In this document: positions 61,784-64,000 of the stretch, in pieces
How the letters are laid out: every line of letters begins with the position of its first letter
Position numbering within the stretch: the stretch's first letter is position 1
From: Arcobacteraceae bacterium
Lineage (GTDB): Bacteria > Campylobacterota > Campylobacteria > Campylobacterales > Arcobacteraceae
NCBI GenBank assembly: GCA_963662945.1
Contig: OY759974.1
Coordinates: forward strand, 608,001-672,000
DNA: 64,000 bases
Direction: 5' to 3'
Notes under the pieces: generated by a model
Seen by the model: the letters and a program-made list of their open reading frames with translations, nothing else
Database searches by the model: none
Told to the model about the DNA's origin: nothing
Made by a program: the position numbers and the translations under genes

Positions 61784-62871
61784 ACTAAGCCTTTTTCTTT
61801 CGCTTTATTTTCATACTCCTCAATTTGCTCAATAGTTTTTTCAAATATATTCTTATTAGTTTTATAAAAATCATAATACCACTCACTGGTAAATCTAATA
61901 GTGTCTTTATACTCTAAATTAGCTTGCCATTTTAAATAAAACAATGCCTTATCGCAATTTAATTTCAAAAGACCTGCTTCATGGAAAGGAATATTACCAG
62001 TCACTTTATATGCATCTTGTACATTTGTAAAATTCCAGTATTTACTTAAGTCTATTAATAACTCTTCAACTGTATGATTCTGTTCAGCTCGTGGACCAAA
62101 ATTAAATGCTTCTCCATCTAAAGTATCATCTTCATATAAAACTTGTCCAAGATTAAGATAACCACTTAGAGGTTCTAATACATGTTGCCAAGGTCTCGTA
62201 GCTTTTGGCGCTCTTATCTCTACTATTTGCCCTTCACTCCATGCTTCCATACAATCAACAACAATTCTATCTGTAGCCCAATCTCCACCACCAATAACAT
62301 TTCCAGCACGTCCAATTGCTAATTTTACATTACAATTATCATTTTTAAAAAATGAATGGTAATAAGACTTTATAATAAGTTCTGCGGCCCCTTTACTTCC
62401 ACTATATATATCTTTTCCACCCATTTTATCATCTTCTTTATAACCCCATACTTGTTCAATATTATCATAAGCTTTATCACTAGTGATAATAATAGCAGTA
62501 CATTGATGATTTGAAACTTTTAAAGCCTCAAGAATATTTGCTGTTCCCATTACATTTGATGAAATTGTTTCAATAGGTTCACTATATGATGTTGAAACTA
62601 TTGGCTGTGCAGCTAAATGAAATAAAATTTCTGGTTTTTCAATTGAAATTATCTCTATCATTTTAGATAAATCTCTAATATCTTCCTGATAATGAACAAT
62701 TTGTTCTTCTAATTTCAACTCTTCAAACATTGAAGGTTGTGTTGGTATATCTTTTGAAATCCCTACAACTTTTGCACCTAATCTTAGTAACCATGAAGTT
62801 AACCAACTTCCTTTAAAGCCAGTATGTCCTGTAACTAAAACTTTTTTATCTTGATAAATATTATTAAACAT
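61771..62871 (-). CDS. rfbG: CDP-glucose 4,6-dehydratase
   Basis: VTGHTGFKGSWL, HLAAQP, RAGNVIGGGDW, RPWQHVLEPL; start moved to MFNNIY. Confidence 0.95.
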   Translation of the reverse strand: MFNNIYQDKKVLVTGHTGFKGSWLTSWLLRLGAKVVGISKDIPTQPSMFEELKLEEQIVHYQEDIRDLSKMIEIISIEKPEILFHLAAQPIVSTSYSEPIETISSNVMGTANILEALKVSNHQCTAIIITSDKAYDNIEQVWGYKEDDKMGGKDIYSGSKGAAELIIKSYYHSFFKNDNCNVKLAIGRAGNVIGGGDWATDRIVVDCMEAWSEGQIVEIRAPKATRPWQHVLEPLSGYLNLGQVLYEDDTLDGEAFNFGPRAEQNHTVEELLIDLSKYWNFTNVQDAYKVTGNIPFHEAGLLKLNCDKALFYLKWQANLEYKDTIRFTSEWYYDFYKTNKNIFEKTIEQIEEYENKAKEKGLVWTK

Positions 62872-63644
62872 TACCAAACCTTCCATGGTGCTTTGTTTGT
62901 TTCCCACATTTTTTGAAGTTGTTGCTTATCTCGTAACGTATCCATTGGTTTCCAAAATCCCTCATGTTTAAAGGTAAATATTTCATTCTCTTTTGCTAAA
63001 TTTTGTAATGGAGCCTGTTCAAATACTGTTAAGTCACCTTCAGTGATATAATCAAATACTTTAGGTTCGCATACAAAAAAACCTGCATTTATCCAACTTC
63101 CATCACCTTTTGGTTTTTCTTGAAATTCAATAACTTTATTATTTTGATCTACATGTAATGCCCCAAATCTTCCATCAGGTTGTGCAGATGTCATCGTTAC
63201 AGCTTTTCCATGAGATTTATGAAATTTTATTAATTCATCTATATTTATATCTGCAACACCATCACCATAAGTAAGCATAAAAGGTTCATTACCTATAAAG
63301 TTTTGTGCTCTTTTAATCCTTCCACCTGTCATACTATTTAGTCCAGTATCTAAAAGTGTCACTTTCCAAGGTTCACTTGAATTGTTATGAACTTTCATTG
63401 AACCATCTAACATATCAATTGTTACATCACTTTGATGTAAAAAATAATTTGCAAAATACTCTTTTATGTAATAACCTTTATAACCTAATAAAATAACAAA
63501 TTCATTAAAACCATATTTTGAATATAGCTTCATAATATGCCATAAAATAGGCTTACCACCAATTTCGACCATTGGTTTAGGTCTTATATCTGTTTCTTCA
63601 CTTAATCTTGTTCCAAATCCACCTGCTAAAAGTAATACTTTCAT
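62871..63644 (-). CDS. rfbF: Glucose-1-phosphate cytidylyltransferase
   Basis: LAGGFGTRLSEET...PKPMVEIGG, LTYGDG, GFWKPMDTLRD. Confidence 0.97.
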   Translation of the reverse strand: MKVLLLAGGFGTRLSEETDIRPKPMVEIGGKPILWHIMKLYSKYGFNEFVILLGYKGYYIKEYFANYFLHQSDVTIDMLDGSMKVHNNSSEPWKVTLLDTGLNSMTGGRIKRAQNFIGNEPFMLTYGDGVADINIDELIKFHKSHGKAVTMTSAQPDGRFGALHVDQNNKVIEFQEKPKGDGSWINAGFFVCEPKVFDYITEGDLTVFEQAPLQNLAKENEIFTFKHEGFWKPMDTLRDKQQLQKMWETNKAPWKVW

Positions 63645-63647
63645 ATT

Positions 63648-64000
63648 TTACCTATCTTTTCCAATCTCAAATACTTTCATTATATTTTGCTCTGTTGGTT
63701 CTATAAAATAGTTTTGTTTATACCATAAAGCAATTTCATTAATTTTTTTTATATTATTTACTCTAAATTTTAAAAGCTTATTATAGACTAAAGTTACATC
63801 ATCTTTGCTAAAAGCAATATCCCAAATTTCACCTTTACCATAATTTGAGAATGGATTCGCTGTTAAATTAGTTTCACTTGCAACTATAATAGCAGATAAA
63901 CCACAAGCTACTGCTTCTATTAACGTACCAGATGCACTACTAATTACTAAATTGGAATATTTAAATAAATCGTAAATATTTTCATTCATAATATTAATAT
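63648..64000 (-). CDS. 3' end of a probable GT-B-fold protein (frame open to window edge)
   Basis: LVISSASGTLIEAVACG; no stop between 63989 and 64000. Confidence 0.55.
   Translation of the reverse strand, partial: INIMNENIYDLFKYSNLVISSASGTLIEAVACGLSAIIVASETNLTANPFSNYGKGEIWDIAFSKDDVTLVYNKLLKFRVNNIKKINEIALWYKQNYFIEPTEQNIMKVFEIGKDR

Overview
AT-rich chromosomal window from a Campylobacterota bacterium (Arcobacter/Sulfurimonas-like by gene content). Left: housekeeping glnA (partial), yggS, rhodanese, lolC/E and secA. Right: lolA, RNase P RNA (rnpB) and the distal part of a surface-polysaccharide locus. secA and lolA are neighbours in C. jejuni and H. pylori but here are separated by about 44.5 kb of anaerobic nitrate/NO respiration genes: a Crp/Fnr (Nss-type) regulator, napAGHBF-x-LD, moaA/C/D/E/moeA, norEF/norCBDQ-rrf2, nnrS, class III RNR and many nitrate, redox and c-di-GMP sensors. 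Reading the non-coding DNA shows four things the ORF track misses. (1) Thirteen TTGA-N6-TCA(A/T) boxes sit almost always exactly 22 nt from a TANNNT -10 element. (2) Two of these promoters drive no ORF but two paralogous stem-loop RNAs with an anti-Shine-Dalgarno loop (candidate novel sRNA family). (3) A separate duplicated palindromic operator controls the nor genes. (4) NrdD is split, with its glycyl-radical loop in a separate 54-aa ORF. Functional calls are from motif recognition only; no searches were run.
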